64,000 bases of DNA, taken from positions 2,048,001-2,112,000 of the forward strand of contig OZ245003.1 in assembly GCA_965223425.1 (NCBI GenBank), read 5' to 3'. The DNA comes from Nitrosopumilus sp. Lineage in GTDB: Archaea; Thermoproteota; Nitrososphaeria; Nitrososphaerales; Nitrosopumilaceae. Position numbers and translations under genes: made by a program. Below the pieces are notes generated by a model. That model was not told the DNA's origin and did no database searches. It was given only the letters and a program-made list of their open reading frames with translations. This document shows positions 39,032 through 50,533 of this stretch, in pieces. How positions within the stretch are numbered: the stretch's first letter is position 1; every line of letters starts with the position of its first letter.

Positions 39032-39850
39032 GTGAGTAATGAAGCAAAGAAATAACACAAAAGAATAATCAAATTCGTAGAACTACTACATATTACAAAG
39101 TAAATTCCCAATCAAGAGACAAACAGCATGATGTTATTGCTTTGGAATCTGGTTGGTTTTGCTCCTGCGAAGATCATTATTTCAGAAAGACATGCTGTAA
39201 GCACATTCATGCAGTAGAGATTTCAATAGAGATCAGAAAAACAGCAAAACGATAAACAACAATCAGGCCAGTAAATGTAAGCATTTGTCCAAGATGTAAT
39301 TCTAACAACATCAAAAAGATAAGCGTAAGGCACAACAAGAACTATGATATTCAGATGGATGATTACAAGTATTACAACAGAAAATTCTCGATGAATCTAG
39401 GATTTGAGGGGCTAAAGGCAACGCTGAACGGTTACTACATCAATGAATCTGTACTTCAATGGCGAATCACTACGTCATGTTGCAGATTCGAGATTGTTTG
39501 GTGTTGATATCACACACAAGATCATTGAAAACTGGATAAAAAAATACATTAGATTAATAGAGCGGCATATCGAATCCATTACGCTCCAAGTTTCAGAAAA
39601 ATGGAGAACCGACAAGATGTATCTCAAAATTAAGGATAACCGAAAATATCTCTATGCATTGGTTGATGATGAAGCTCGTTACTGGGTATCTAAACAGGTT
39701 TCAGATCACAAGTACACTCAGGATGTAAGACTAATGTTCAAAAATGGCGTTAAAGTTGCAAAAAAGAAACCTGCAATTCTGATTTCAAACGGAGTTCAAA
39801 ACTTTCATGGAGCTTGATGTGATGAAGTGCACTGGCAGAAAACCTATCGC
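39032..39850 (+). pseudogene. SWIM-zinc-finger/IS6-type DDE transposase, degraded
   Basis: WFCSCEDH..CKHIHAV; CPRCNS; WRTDKMY..YLYALVD; several stops and frameshifts. Confidence 0.75.
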
Positions 39851-39890
39851 GGTAAAAGACTCTTGATTCACACTATAGTCATCATTTTGG

Positions 39891-40574
39891 TCAAAGACGG
39901 AATGATGATTTGAAATTACAGTAAAAATTCTCCATGTTTGATTTTACAATTGAAATATTTTCATCAATATCAGAACGGATTTTTTGTGGGTCGATGTATG
40001 GGATTTTTTCTAGTTTTTCTTCTGTGTTGTCAAGCCAAAGATTAGCCATTTCCTCATTTACCTCCAGATGGAATTGTAATCCGACTGCACTTTTGTATTG
40101 AAACGCCTGATTCAGATAATGTTCAGATGAGGCCAATCTGACGGCTCCGTCAGGTAAATCAAACGTATCTCCATGCCAGTGAAAAACAGTGAACGGGTTC
40201 TTGAAGCCAGAAAAAAATGAAGAGTCATCATAAATGGCCAAATCACTGTAAAACCCAATTTCCTTTTGTGATCCAGCGTACACTTTGGCGCCAAAAGTTT
40301 TTGCAATTAGTTGAGAGCCTAAACAAATTCCAAGAACAGGAACACCTGCATCAACACAGCTTTTGATTAATTGCTGCTCTGCTTTGAGATAAGGCAGATC
40401 ATCGTTTGCACTTTCAGGGGCCCCCAGTATTACAACCAGAGAAAAGTCTTTCTCGGGAAGTTGTTCATGTTTTGCATTTATTGATGTGATCTCAAATCCA
40501 TCGTCATTTAGTAACTCGCCTAAATATCCCGAGCCCTCGATGCGAGCGTTTTGTACAAGTAAAACACCAGACAT
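39891..40574 (-). CDS. type 1 glutamine amidotransferase
   Basis: GICLGSQ, HWHGD, QFHLE. Confidence 0.9.
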   Translation of the reverse strand: MSGVLLVQNARIEGSGYLGELLNDDGFEITSINAKHEQLPEKDFSLVVILGAPESANDDLPYLKAEQQLIKSCVDAGVPVLGICLGSQLIAKTFGAKVYAGSQKEIGFYSDLAIYDDSSFFSGFKNPFTVFHWHGDTFDLPDGAVRLASSEHYLNQAFQYKSAVGLQFHLEVNEEMANLWLDNTEEKLEKIPYIDPQKIRSDIDENISIVKSNMENFYCNFKSSFRL

Positions 40575-40623
40575 TGTTTTCCATATGCAAAAGATCTTAA
40601 TATGTTAAGATACATCACAAAGT

Positions 40624-41001
40624 GTGGTTATCTCCGAACAAGAAATTTCCGAGATCAAGAATTTTGTTGTTCAGTTGAACTCTGCAGAAGACAGTGTCAT
40701 TGTAGTTGAAGGAAAAAGAGATTCAGCTGCACTAAAAAAACTAGGATGCTCAGGAAAAATTTTAGAATTTCATAAATTTGGAGGAATGATAAAATTTGCC
40801 GACTCGGTTGCAAAATATAAAAGAATCATCATACTTTTTGACAGGGATAAAAAAGGAAGACATCTCACAGACAAAACAATTCAGTTATTGCAAAGAAGAA
40901 CAAGAGTGGATCTTTCTTTCAAGAGAAAGCTTCGAGAAATAACAAAGGGGAAAATAATTTTTATTGAACAACTAGTTTGCTATGAATCGTATCTGGTCTA
41001 G
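40624..41001 (+). CDS. small Toprim-domain protein
   Basis: VVEGKRD, FDRDKKG. Confidence 0.85.
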   Translation: MVISEQEISEIKNFVVQLNSAEDSVIVVEGKRDSAALKKLGCSGKILEFHKFGGMIKFADSVAKYKRIIILFDRDKKGRHLTDKTIQLLQRRTRVDLSFKRKLREITKGKIIFIEQLVCYESYLV

Positions 41002-41003
41002 GT

Positions 41004-42302
41004 TTATGGCCAGATTCCTTTTTGGTTAAAGGCCTCTACCACTCTGTCAACAGCTAAAGCCATGGTTGCCTTTCTCATGTCAATTTTGTGTTTCTTGGAG
41101 AGAGCATAGGCATCTTTGAATCCTTTGGTGATATTTTTCTCCATCTTGTTTGCAACCTCATCAAATGACCAATAGTAACCCATATTGTTTTGTACCCATT
41201 CCAGGTATGAAATACAAACACCGCCAGAGTTTGCCAGAATATCAGGAATAACCAAAATGTCCTTTTTGTAGATAATTGGATCTGCTTCGGGTAATGTCGG
41301 ACCGTTTGCAGCTTCTGCAATAATTTTACATTTGAGGTTTTTGGCAACCTTTGCATTGATTTGATTCTCTAATGCACCGGGAACTAGAACATCGCATTTG
41401 GTGGTAAGCAGCTGTTCAGTTGAGATTTTTTTGCTTTCAGGAAACCCAACAACGGAGCCTTTCTTTTGTTTGTGTTCTAAGATTTTACTAACCTTGGCGC
41501 CTTTTGGAATTGAAACAGAGCCTTTAGAGTCACTTGCGCCAATAACTTTTGCGCCCATCTTTTCAAGATACTCGCCTGCAAATGTTGATGCGTTTCCAAA
41601 TCCTTGTAAAACAACTTTGGCACCTTTTAGACTTGCTTTCAATGTCTTTGCGGCCTCTCTTACAGTATATGCTACTCCTAAACCTGTTGCAACATTTCTT
41701 GCAAGAGAGCCTCCCATTGAAATTGGTTTTCCAGTAATTACTCCCGGAGAATATTTGTTATCGTTAAGTTTGCTAAACGTATCCATGATTTGAGTCATTT
41801 CTCGTCCTGTTGTGTAAACGTCAGGAGCTGGAACATCTTTTTGAGGTCCGATAACTTCAGCAATTTTGTATGCAAATCCTCTGGTTAATCTTTCTAATTC
41901 CCCATCACTGAGTTTCTCAGTTTTTGGATTAACATAGATTCCGCCTTTGCCTCCACCTAATGGGATGTCTACTATGGCACATTTCCATGTCATCCAAGAT
42001 GAAAGTGCCATGACTTCGCGTTCCATGTATTCCACTCCGCCTTCGGGGTTGAAGTAACGAATACCGCCTTTGTATGGGCCCCTGTCGTTGTTGTGCTGGC
42101 TTCTAAAACCCATAAAGACCCTAATTTTTCCATTATCCATTTTTACTGGAATCTTAACTCTCAAAACTCTATTTGGTATTGCCAAATATTCACGCAATCC
42201 CTTGTCTTTAATTCCCAGAACATCGCATGCATCATTTACTTGCTTTGTTGCGTTTGCAAAAGGATCATTCTTTACCAAGGGCAATTTTTTCAATGGGCTC
42301 AT
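41004..42302 (-). CDS. gdhA: glutamate dehydrogenase
   Basis: GPYKGGIR, GGGKGG, PAPD, QGFGN, EAANGP. Confidence 0.95.
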   Translation of the reverse strand: MSPLKKLPLVKNDPFANATKQVNDACDVLGIKDKGLREYLAIPNRVLRVKIPVKMDNGKIRVFMGFRSQHNNDRGPYKGGIRYFNPEGGVEYMEREVMALSSWMTWKCAIVDIPLGGGKGGIYVNPKTEKLSDGELERLTRGFAYKIAEVIGPQKDVPAPDVYTTGREMTQIMDTFSKLNDNKYSPGVITGKPISMGGSLARNVATGLGVAYTVREAAKTLKASLKGAKVVLQGFGNASTFAGEYLEKMGAKVIGASDSKGSVSIPKGAKVSKILEHKQKKGSVVGFPESKKISTEQLLTTKCDVLVPGALENQINAKVAKNLKCKIIAEAANGPTLPEADPIIYKKDILVIPDILANSGGVCISYLEWVQNNMGYYWSFDEVANKMEKNITKGFKDAYALSKKHKIDMRKATMALAVDRVVEAFNQKGIWP

Positions 42303-42343
42303 TAATTTAAGTTTAATGAAAAAACTCAGATCGCAAAAATTGT

Positions 42344-42733
42344 TTACAGGTAGACTTTTTTGTGATTCAGCTTCCTGTCTAGTTTTTCAATCGCTTCATC
42401 TAGTGCGCCAATATTTATTTCAAGGAAATTTGACAGGTGGAAAATTGCACCATATTTTTCTCCAATTTTTGAAACCATATTATTTCTCCCCAATACTTTC
42501 AGGTGATGTTGAACGGCTTTGTAATCAAGACCAAGCTCCTTTGCCAATTGATGGGTATTGTACGGTTGATCAAGCAAGTGCATAATAATACGCAACCTGG
42601 TGAATCCACCTCTGGTACTTGTAAACAAGTACAACAGCAATTTTCTTGTCTGCTTGTCTGGTTTTCTTTGTTCTGAAACTTGCCTTGATCTAATAATTTC
42701 CTTGAATTCTAAGAGTTGGTTGGACATCTTCAA
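42344..42733 (-). CDS. ArsR-like winged-helix regulator
   Basis: TRGGFTR..NTHQLAKELGLDYKAVQHHL. Confidence 0.85.
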   Translation of the reverse strand: MKMSNQLLEFKEIIRSRQVSEQRKPDKQTRKLLLYLFTSTRGGFTRLRIIMHLLDQPYNTHQLAKELGLDYKAVQHHLKVLGRNNMVSKIGEKYGAIFHLSNFLEINIGALDEAIEKLDRKLNHKKVYL

Positions 42734-42814
42734 CAGTAAAAAAGCTGATTTTGCTTAAAACTCTATTTCCAGATCATGCCCATATTCAGGCAAGACAATT
42801 ACCCTTAAATTGAC

Positions 42815-43561
42815 TTGGTACAGACTCGTGATATCATGATGGCATCACGCGGTTACGATATGACTCCTACCATGTATTCTCCAGATGGCAGAATATACCA
42901 AGTAGAATATGCCATGGAGACTGTAAAAAGAGGAACCATAGCAATAGGCATTTGCACCAAACAAGGAGTCATTATGGCAGTAGAAGAAAAACCTCGAACA
43001 CTACAAACAACAAGCGTAACACAGAAAATTTTCCAAGTGGATTACCACATTGGAGTTGCCGCAGCAGGGTATATCCCGGATGCACGCGTTCAAGTAGATA
43101 GTGCAAGATTCTTTTCACAAGGAACTAAAATGACATATGATGAATCAGTTGAAGTTTCAACAGTTGCCAAACACTTGGCAGATCAATCTCATCAGTTTAC
43201 TCAATATTCAGGGGTACGTCCAAACGGAGTTTCCTTGATAATTGCAGGAATTGATCAAAAAGGAGAATCAATCTATGTGACAGATCCAAGTGGAACTTAT
43301 GTTCAATATGCAGCTGTTGCAATTGGAGCAAGCTCTGAGGATGTAAATGCATTTTTGGAAAAACATTACAATGCAGATATGAGCTTGGAGGATGCAGCGG
43401 CATTAGCTATTGCATCTATCAATCTAAAAGCTGAAGAAAAAAACGGAGTCAGCAATGTCAAAATGGCAAAAATTACAGCTGAAGAAAAGGTTTTCGAGAA
43501 AGTTTCTGAATCTGATTTACAGAATTATTCTCAGAACACATCAAAGTTTGCTACAGTATAG
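42815..43561 (+). CDS. psmA: proteasome alpha subunit
   Basis: GYD..TMYSPDGRIYQVEYA, TDPSG. Confidence 0.95.
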   Translation: MVQTRDIMMASRGYDMTPTMYSPDGRIYQVEYAMETVKRGTIAIGICTKQGVIMAVEEKPRTLQTTSVTQKIFQVDYHIGVAAAGYIPDARVQVDSARFFSQGTKMTYDESVEVSTVAKHLADQSHQFTQYSGVRPNGVSLIIAGIDQKGESIYVTDPSGTYVQYAAVAIGASSEDVNAFLEKHYNADMSLEDAAALAIASINLKAEEKNGVSNVKMAKITAEEKVFEKVSESDLQNYSQNTSKFATV

Positions 43562-43613
43562 AAGTTTTTGATTTGAAAACTATTCAAACAGGTATATACA
43601 GAGACAATAGATT

Positions 43614-44306
43614 ATGAGTGGTTTAGGAAGTTATTGGGGCGAAGTAATGGAAGTACTTCGAGAGATTATTCCTGTTTATGACAAAGTAAATTCTATAATT
43701 TCACTAGGCAAAGATGTAGAGCATAGAAATCGTGGAATTTTGCAAAGAGTAGTTCCAGGAAATAAAATTCTAGATGCAGGTTCTGGTTTTGGCAACATGT
43801 CAAAGACTGCACTGAAATTAACTGATGGAAAAATTTCAGTTACGCTTTATGATCCTCTTGTGCCCATGCTAAAAAATACTAGCACATATTTTGAAAAATC
43901 CCCAGATATGGCAAACGGAGTTTTTGAACACATTCCATTTAGAGATGAAGAGTTTGATGCAGTTTTGTGTGGATATTCATTAAGAGACGCAATCAATTTG
44001 AGAATTGCAATTTCTGAGATTTACAGAGTGTTGAAAAAGGAAGGCAGATTTGTTATTGTTGATTTAGGAAAACCGGATAATGCATTCAGCAGGGCAGGGG
44101 TTTCATTTTATCTAAGATGTATACTTCCAATTCTTGCATTTATTGCTGGAGGAAGATTAGGATTAAAGTTTGGAACTTTGTACGGTACATTCAAAAGATG
44201 GCCTCAAAACAAAAGACTAGAAGCATTACTATTAGAAAAATTTTCCAGAGTAGAATTTGAGAAAGATCTTATGGGTGGGGCAATAATGGTTGCCGCATAC
44301 AAATGA
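43614..44306 (+). CDS. UbiE/MenG-like SAM methyltransferase
   Basis: YDKVN, LDAGSGFG, PFRDEEFD, RVLKKEG. Confidence 0.88.
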   Translation: MSGLGSYWGEVMEVLREIIPVYDKVNSIISLGKDVEHRNRGILQRVVPGNKILDAGSGFGNMSKTALKLTDGKISVTLYDPLVPMLKNTSTYFEKSPDMANGVFEHIPFRDEEFDAVLCGYSLRDAINLRIAISEIYRVLKKEGRFVIVDLGKPDNAFSRAGVSFYLRCILPILAFIAGGRLGLKFGTLYGTFKRWPQNKRLEALLLEKFSRVEFEKDLMGGAIMVAAYK

Positions 44307-44625
44307 ATAGAATTCTGATACTAGTCAACATTACTGATTTAGTCATTGGAATTTCATATGGATTGCATGCATCAATCAAGCCAGCATCAGAATGGAGAAC
44401 AAAACGAATACCACCAATTGCAAACTTGCCGCTTACTGCTGCATACGCAATGGGTTCTCCTGATTTTTAATTAGGATACGAGCATCCCTGTCAAACTCGG
44501 CAATTGCTATCCAGTCACCCGTCCATTGATGCCAAGAAAACATCACCCAAAAGTCATGTAGATTCAATCGACCTTGTAGATGACCACACATGGATAAAGG
44601 CCAAATGGCAGATACGTGGAACAAA

Positions 44626-45997
44626 CATGTCAGTAGTTCCCAGATGTAGATTTGTGCCCAGATGTATGCTTGTGCCCAGATACTGATGCGTTACCGCATA
44701 TTGCAATGCAAAGATCCAGATTAGGTTACGGTGTGCAAGACGTCATGAGCATCCAAACACACGACGATCTGATCGCACACCAGTACGACATAGCATCAAA
44801 CCGGTTTAAAATCCTGCGCTCGTCGTTTCAAAAGCTTGGCATGCCAATGTCTGAGAGGCACAACGCCGTATACGGATGCGGCGACATACTGGACGTGCCA
44901 ATCAGGGCGTCTGAGAGAAACACGTTTGTAGAATCCCCTGTACGGCGCAACAGGCTTCAAGACACGGGCGCACGTACGCCTGACGCAGACCTGGTCATGT
45001 CTGCAGTCCGTGGCGTCGAACCGGCAGACGTGCAGGACTGGTGTGCAAAGACATTGGCACGCACGGTACGGCACGCCGGCCGTGCAGGAATGCTGCAGGA
45101 CATCGACGCCATTGCAATAGACGTTACGGACACGCCATACCATGGGGAGCAGCTGCAGGAGCATACAAGAAAGTCGCGTCCAAAGGCAGGAACATCCACG
45201 TTTCTCTCGTATGTCGCAGTACACGGAGTCGGCAGGGACTCTTCGCAGGTTGTCCCAGAGTCGAAGCTGCTGCCGGCAAAGGAGAAACTGGCCGATTTTA
45301 TCGCCAAAACACGCACAAAAATCCTCAGAGGAGGCGCATATTCAAAGACTGTGTTCCTGTACGGCCGCGCCTTTTACAACGTTGACTGCATGACAGAGGC
45401 AGGAAAGGGCGGGTGCCGCTACATCATGCCCGTCATCATGAACTCCAAGATCAAGAGGACAGTCAAGATGTACAAGGACGGAAAGGCAAGCCAGGTATCG
45501 CAGCAGTCAATGACTGACAAGGACGGCGTAACTGACCTACAACCTTGTAATTGTCAAAAGAGACAGGAAGAAGAAGGAGAAGAAAAAAGAGGAGGAAGAG
45601 GAGCAATACATTGCGTTTGCAACAAACATTCCCATCAGGAGTGCCACAGAGCCATGACAGACATCATACCGGAGCAGTACCGCAAGATGGGGCATCGAGA
45701 CGGGGTTTCGCGTCATAAAGAAAATCATGGGCAGGACATGCAGCAACTCCCTGTCTGTGAGGCTGCTGATGTTTTATCTGCCGCCGCTGCTGCTGTACAA
45801 CCTGTGGAGGGTTGCCAGGTTCTGCCTTGATGCAGGAAAGATGTATGGAAGAGTGTCTTCTGCGGGGAAAAACTTACCATGGCGTTGTTTATCGTGTACA
45901 TTACAGGCAGGAACGAGCTGTTTGTCAATGATCGAGGCAAGTAGAACCGATGCCAGTTGCGGTTGCGGTAAATCTACATCTGGGAACTACTGACATG
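44626..45997 (+). mobile_element. ISH3-type (IS4-like) element with degraded transposase 44652-45950
   Basis: 28-bp perfect IR CATGTCAGTAGTTCCCAGATGTAGATTT (44626-53/45970-97); AIDVT..PYHG, GRAFY, W-GIE-GF in a shifted frame. Confidence 0.8.
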
Positions 45998-46267
45998 CCG
46001 TTTCTGCTCATGTACAAAAGAAGCATGGCAGCATCTGCTGAATCATACAGGCCGTTGTATCTGTCTGAGAACCTCATGCCTGTCCTCTTTAATGCGGCTT
46101 GCAAGAAGTTAAATCCGTGCCGTCCATACTCTTTTTGGAGTGCCCCGTTTTGTTGTTTGTAATTCATTGACAGGGCTGGTACTCCTTGCTTTTAGATCAG
46201 AGTGTTGGCAAAATCAGAAGTTATGGGTAATTGTCTTCCAAGACAGGCACACAATCGGAACTACTGA
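45998..46267 (-). pseudogene. left end and N-terminus of a second ISH3-type element
   Basis: GGAACTACTGA end at 46257-67; FLQAALKRTGMRFSDRYNGLY is similar to ILRSSFQKLGMPMSERHNAVY. Confidence 0.6.
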
Positions 46268-46276
46268 TAATGCAAC

Positions 46277-46330
46277 CCTAGCGTTACACTTTACCTGCCT
46301 AGCGTTACACTTTACCTGCCTAGCGTTACA
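46277..46330 (+). repeat. 21-bp tandem repeat, 2.6 copies
   Basis: CCTAGCGTTACACTTTACCTG. Confidence 0.9.
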
Positions 46331-46419
46331 GTCAGGTAGAGTCGGGAGAAGCCACCTCATTTACATCAGTGTAGAAAATTAAAAAGTTATTTTTATGATG
46401 ATTTTTAACTAAGAATAGT

Positions 46420-47904
46420 TTGAAATACGTAGGATTTTTTGTAATGATTTTAGTTTTACTGATTGGTTTGCACGCCAACAGCCTAACATATGCAGAAATA
46501 TCATGTGATGATCATGGAGCAGATTTGTATCCTTACCAATCAATCACACCACTTGATTATTCAATTACAAATGGCAAATTTGTTAGCTTATGTGCAAATC
46601 CTGATTATCTATATTATACCATCAATCTTGATACAACAGCAGCAGGAAGTCTAATTATTGAGATACCAAAAGAATCACTTGACTTGAAACAATTTGATTA
46701 TGAATCATGTTTTCCTAACGATTTGAGCACGAATATTGATTTTGATAGAACCACAACAGTAACACAAATTGCACAAACTGACATTTCACGCACTTTGGAA
46801 TTTACTTGGAACGAACCAATAATTCACATAGTATATTTTGGAACATATGCAATTATTGATGGAGTTGATTATTCAGAGCCTAACTATTGTATTGGTTTAG
46901 TTGAGAGTGGAGAGAAAAGTGAAGTAATTGAAAAGGCTACTGATTGGAGAGAAGATAATTATTGTCCAGAAGAACTGAATTATGATTATGAAATTACTAA
47001 TGGCAAAGTTAAAAAAATTTGCTATATTGAAGGCATTTATGAAATTGTTTATTATTTAGACAATGTAACATCACCAAGTATATTGACTATTGATATGCCA
47101 TACACGCATTTTCCAAGAATAACTAAGGATAATTTTTATGATTTTATCATAATGATTGATGGTGAAGAACATAGTTATTTGTCAGAAAATTTACAAAATG
47201 AAAATTCTGACTATCAAACTTATGAAATTAAATTACCAATTAACAGTGAAATTTTAGAAATTATAGGTTTTGTATATACATCTGCTGGTTTAGTTGAGAG
47301 TGAAGAGAAAAGTGCCGAAATTAAAAAAAATACTTGGCAGAATTATGATGATGATTGTATTCCAGAAATAATAACTGATTATACTCTAAATTATGGTAAA
47401 TTAGCAAGAATATGTGAACCAACTAATCAATCTATAATGATAATCACATCAGATATTATTTTTAACAGTATTCTCACTATTGATATTCCATATACTAAAT
47501 TACCTTTAATGACAACCGAGAATTATAAAGATTTTATATTGCTATTTGATGGGATACAAACTGATAATTTTAAAGTAATATATCAATACCCAGAATATCA
47601 AACTTTTGAGATAGACTTGATTTCTGATGTTATTTCCATTGAATTATTTTACAATATGAGTAGATTTTTGGTAGAACATAATTCTAATGAAATAGATCAT
47701 GAATACAATCTAACTACACCATTATTAGATATTGAAAAACCAAAAACAGAATTCAAGATTAAAATTGAAAAACCATCCTGCAAATCTAATCTTGTAGAAA
47801 TTATGAAGCCTGATAGTAGTAAATATGTATGTATAAAACCAACTACTGCAGAGAAATTAATCTTACGTGGTTGGATTAATCCATTAGACTTTATGCACAA
47901 TTGA
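46420..47904 (+). CDS. secreted thaumarchaeal surface protein with three repeated beta domains
   Basis: Signal peptide; 3x Y.ITNGK..IC..L.IDIP; C-terminal C..K...CIKPTTAEKL..RGW motif; low GC. Confidence 0.75.
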   Translation: MKYVGFFVMILVLLIGLHANSLTYAEISCDDHGADLYPYQSITPLDYSITNGKFVSLCANPDYLYYTINLDTTAAGSLIIEIPKESLDLKQFDYESCFPNDLSTNIDFDRTTTVTQIAQTDISRTLEFTWNEPIIHIVYFGTYAIIDGVDYSEPNYCIGLVESGEKSEVIEKATDWREDNYCPEELNYDYEITNGKVKKICYIEGIYEIVYYLDNVTSPSILTIDMPYTHFPRITKDNFYDFIIMIDGEEHSYLSENLQNENSDYQTYEIKLPINSEILEIIGFVYTSAGLVESEEKSAEIKKNTWQNYDDDCIPEIITDYTLNYGKLARICEPTNQSIMIITSDIIFNSILTIDIPYTKLPLMTTENYKDFILLFDGIQTDNFKVIYQYPEYQTFEIDLISDVISIELFYNMSRFLVEHNSNEIDHEYNLTTPLLDIEKPKTEFKIKIEKPSCKSNLVEIMKPDSSKYVCIKPTTAEKLILRGWINPLDFMHN

Positions 47905-48205
47905 ATCGTCAAAATTTTTCCGAAAGATTTAGATCCATTTTGATCGCCGCAACAGGTAATGGAATCTCCAGAACAGACTATACGCAGGCTGCAAAAAGAG
48001 CTCAAGCAAAAGGACACAGCAATCAGCAAGCGCGAGAAGACAATTGGCCTGCTGCGCGAGCAGCTGTTGCGCGAGGACAGCCTTGTGGAACGTGACAGGA
48101 GATGCGGACCGCCTCGAGACTGAGACGGCACTGCTTCACAGCAGGGAGGCAATCCATACCATACTGCACAACGACGCAAAGCTTGCAGGCATTACGTCAT
48201 TTGGA
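47886..48205 (+). mobile_element. truncated left end of the ISL2-like element (copy of 19353/20683-21080)
   Basis: Near-identical to 20683-20800 and 20910-21080; only one 21-bp heptad unit. Confidence 0.85.
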
Positions 48206-48211
48206 ACAGAC

Positions 48212-48574
48212 GGTGCTGTCCAAATTTTTCCCGGAAATTTCCAGAAAAGCTTATAGATCATGACGAAATCCTGCTGCAAGGCTTTTGGATCACGGGCTTG
48301 GCACCACGTCAATGTCAAAACGACGAAAAAAGGGCAGGAAAAACGGACAGCATGACGCCCACGTCCGAAGGTACAGGATCCAGATGTGCCGGAACTATTC
48401 AGCATACGAGAAGAAGTGGAGGGGCGAGGGCAACAAGATAGTGACGAGGATCAAAAAACTCAAAGAAATGATCCCCGCCGTCTTGGAGGGCGCCTCCAAG
48501 GACGAGACATCGGCACTATTGTGCGTGCTGGACATGGTGTTCCGTAACCACTCGTACAGGGTTCACGTCACGTA
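48212..48574 (+). pseudogene. probable transposase N-terminal fragment interrupted by IS630
   Basis: GC-rich basic ORF MSKRRKKG..RNYSAYE; ends at the TA insertion site. Confidence 0.4.
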
Positions 48575-49703
48575 GTGAATTGGATTAACAATCGCTCACA
48601 AAACAGACAACATTATTCAACCACAAGATCTAGATCCCAGTGTATGGCAGAATCCGCATGAAATACAACGATTCCATAGTAATACCGGCAGACAAAAGAT
48701 TCCTGTCCGGCGTCTCCAGTGTGCGCCTGCGCAGCATGCAAAAAAAGGAGACAGATCCCAGGGCCGCAGCAAGGCTGCTGGCATATGCCATGCGCAAGGA
48801 GGGCATGTCCATACGCCGGATATGCATGGCCCTCAACAGGTCATATTCCACAGTACGGGGCTGGCTTGTGCGCGCCGCACAGCTTGGCACCGACGGCAGA
48901 TACGACATCAAAAATGAAGGCGCGCCAAACAAGCTCGATCCGGAACAGATAGAACAGCTGCGCGCAGACCTGCTGGCAGGCCCGCGCAGTTGCGGCTTTG
49001 AGTCCGGAGTGTGGACGGCACCGCTGCTGGCCGCACACATCAGAAAAAAGTTCGGCGTGCAGTATGCCACTGTCAGCATATATGACATACTGCACAGGAT
49101 GGGCTTTTCGTGCAGAAAGCCGCGTCCAAAGCACCCAAGTCAGCCTCAGAATCAGAGAAAAAAAAGTTTAAAAAAAAGCAGGGGAGGTAATCCGGAGCCA
49201 TCCAGACCATACGGTGATTACAGTTGATGAGGCCTCCTTTATCATTGGGTGGAATACCAAGAACGGGTGGTACCCCAAGGGCAGGCCCGTCACCACTCCA
49301 GTCAGCCTGTCGCGCAAAAGGTTCTACTCGTTTGGGGCGCTGTACGACGGCGGCTTTGACTGCAGGTTCTATGCCAAGGCCAACAGCTACAGCTTTGTGG
49401 ACATGCTCGGACACCTGCATCTCAAGCACGGCAAGATCATCGTCTTTCTTGATAACGCATCGTACCACAAGTCAAAGATGGTCAATGATTTTGTCGACTC
49501 GTATGACGGCGACATAGTCCTTGTTTACTTGCCCGTGTACACCCCGGAGCTGAATACCACGGAGGGGCAGTGGAGGCTGTTAAGAAGGGCCACTGCAAAC
49601 GTGATGTATGAAAGTACAAAGGTGATGAAGGAATCCATATGGACAATGCTGGATAGACGTGAGGTCAGGATAACAAGGATGAGCGGTTATTTATCCTAGT
49701 CAC
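48575..49703 (+). mobile_element. IS630-family element; transposase 48658-49699 with slippery site and an extra frameshift
   Basis: TA duplication 48573-74/49704-05; imperfect TIR; WT..L HTH, VDEA, LDNASYH, YTPELN..E; TTTAAAAAAAAG at about 49167. Confidence 0.88.
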
Positions 49704-50310
49704 TACGCCAGACACAGGAATCTTCGCCAAGCAGGTGGAGATCGGACTGTTCGTGATTGGTGGTTCATTGCTACTCCCACAGTTGATTGGCAACCAATCC
49801 ATCCGTGCCAGATACACGTGGTGGTACCTGATACCGATAGGTTTAGGGATACTGATTCTGGCATGAAAACTAATTTAACCGAGAAAAGACATGCCAAATA
49901 TATGAAACCTGATGATGATTCTGACATACTGGAGCTTTACGGGTGCGATGACAATCCGCTCTCCTACATGATAGAGCCAAAGGGTTCAGTCAGAATAACA
50001 AGCAAGGACGACAAGACCACAAAAGAGGATTTGGAGAACATATTATAAAAACCGAGAATCAAACGTTTTGTAAATTTTTGTAGCCAAAAAGCGTTCTGTA
50101 GCTCATATTCCTCGGAATGTAAGGTCATCCTCGGCATCCCTGTACATTGACAGCATTTCGTCAACAGTGTACTGGTTGTACTGCTTCATGTAAAAGTCAT
50201 GTCCGGCCAAGATATGCCCCAACCCGAACTGTATCTTGTTTGTCTTGGTTATGAAGTACGAGCGCAGGCCATGGACGTGAACCTTGTACCTGTTTTGCTT
50301 GCAGTGATCA

Positions 50311-50390
50311 TAGTTTGTTGCATAACTTGGATCCTAGGCACGAAACTTGCCCAACTTTTGACTGGCTTAGGCGTGTTATGCAACAAACTA
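50311..50390. mobile_element. 80-bp MITE related to the IS5 element at 16775
   Basis: Perfect 16-bp IR TAGTTTGTTGCATAAC; TTAGGCGTGTTATGCAACA is the reverse complement of that element's left end. Confidence 0.8.
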
Positions 50391-50533
50391 AAAGGCAAGC
50401 CAGGTATCGCAGCAGTCAATGACCAACAAAGACGGTGTAACTGTGACCTACAACCTTGTAATTGTCAAAAGAGACAAGAAGAAGAAGAAGAAAAAAGGGG
50501 AGGGGGGAGCAATACATTGCGTTTGCAACAAAC
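50391..50533 (+). pseudogene. internal fragment of ISH3 transposase
   Basis: Near-identical to 45482-45627. Confidence 0.75.

Noticed and set aside
34428-39890. tRNA-integrated provirus or integrative element
   Set aside because: No duplicated tRNA 3' end, tyrosine integrase or virion genes found
46277-46330. Mini-CRISPR
   Set aside because: Head-to-tail 21-bp tandem repeat without spacers
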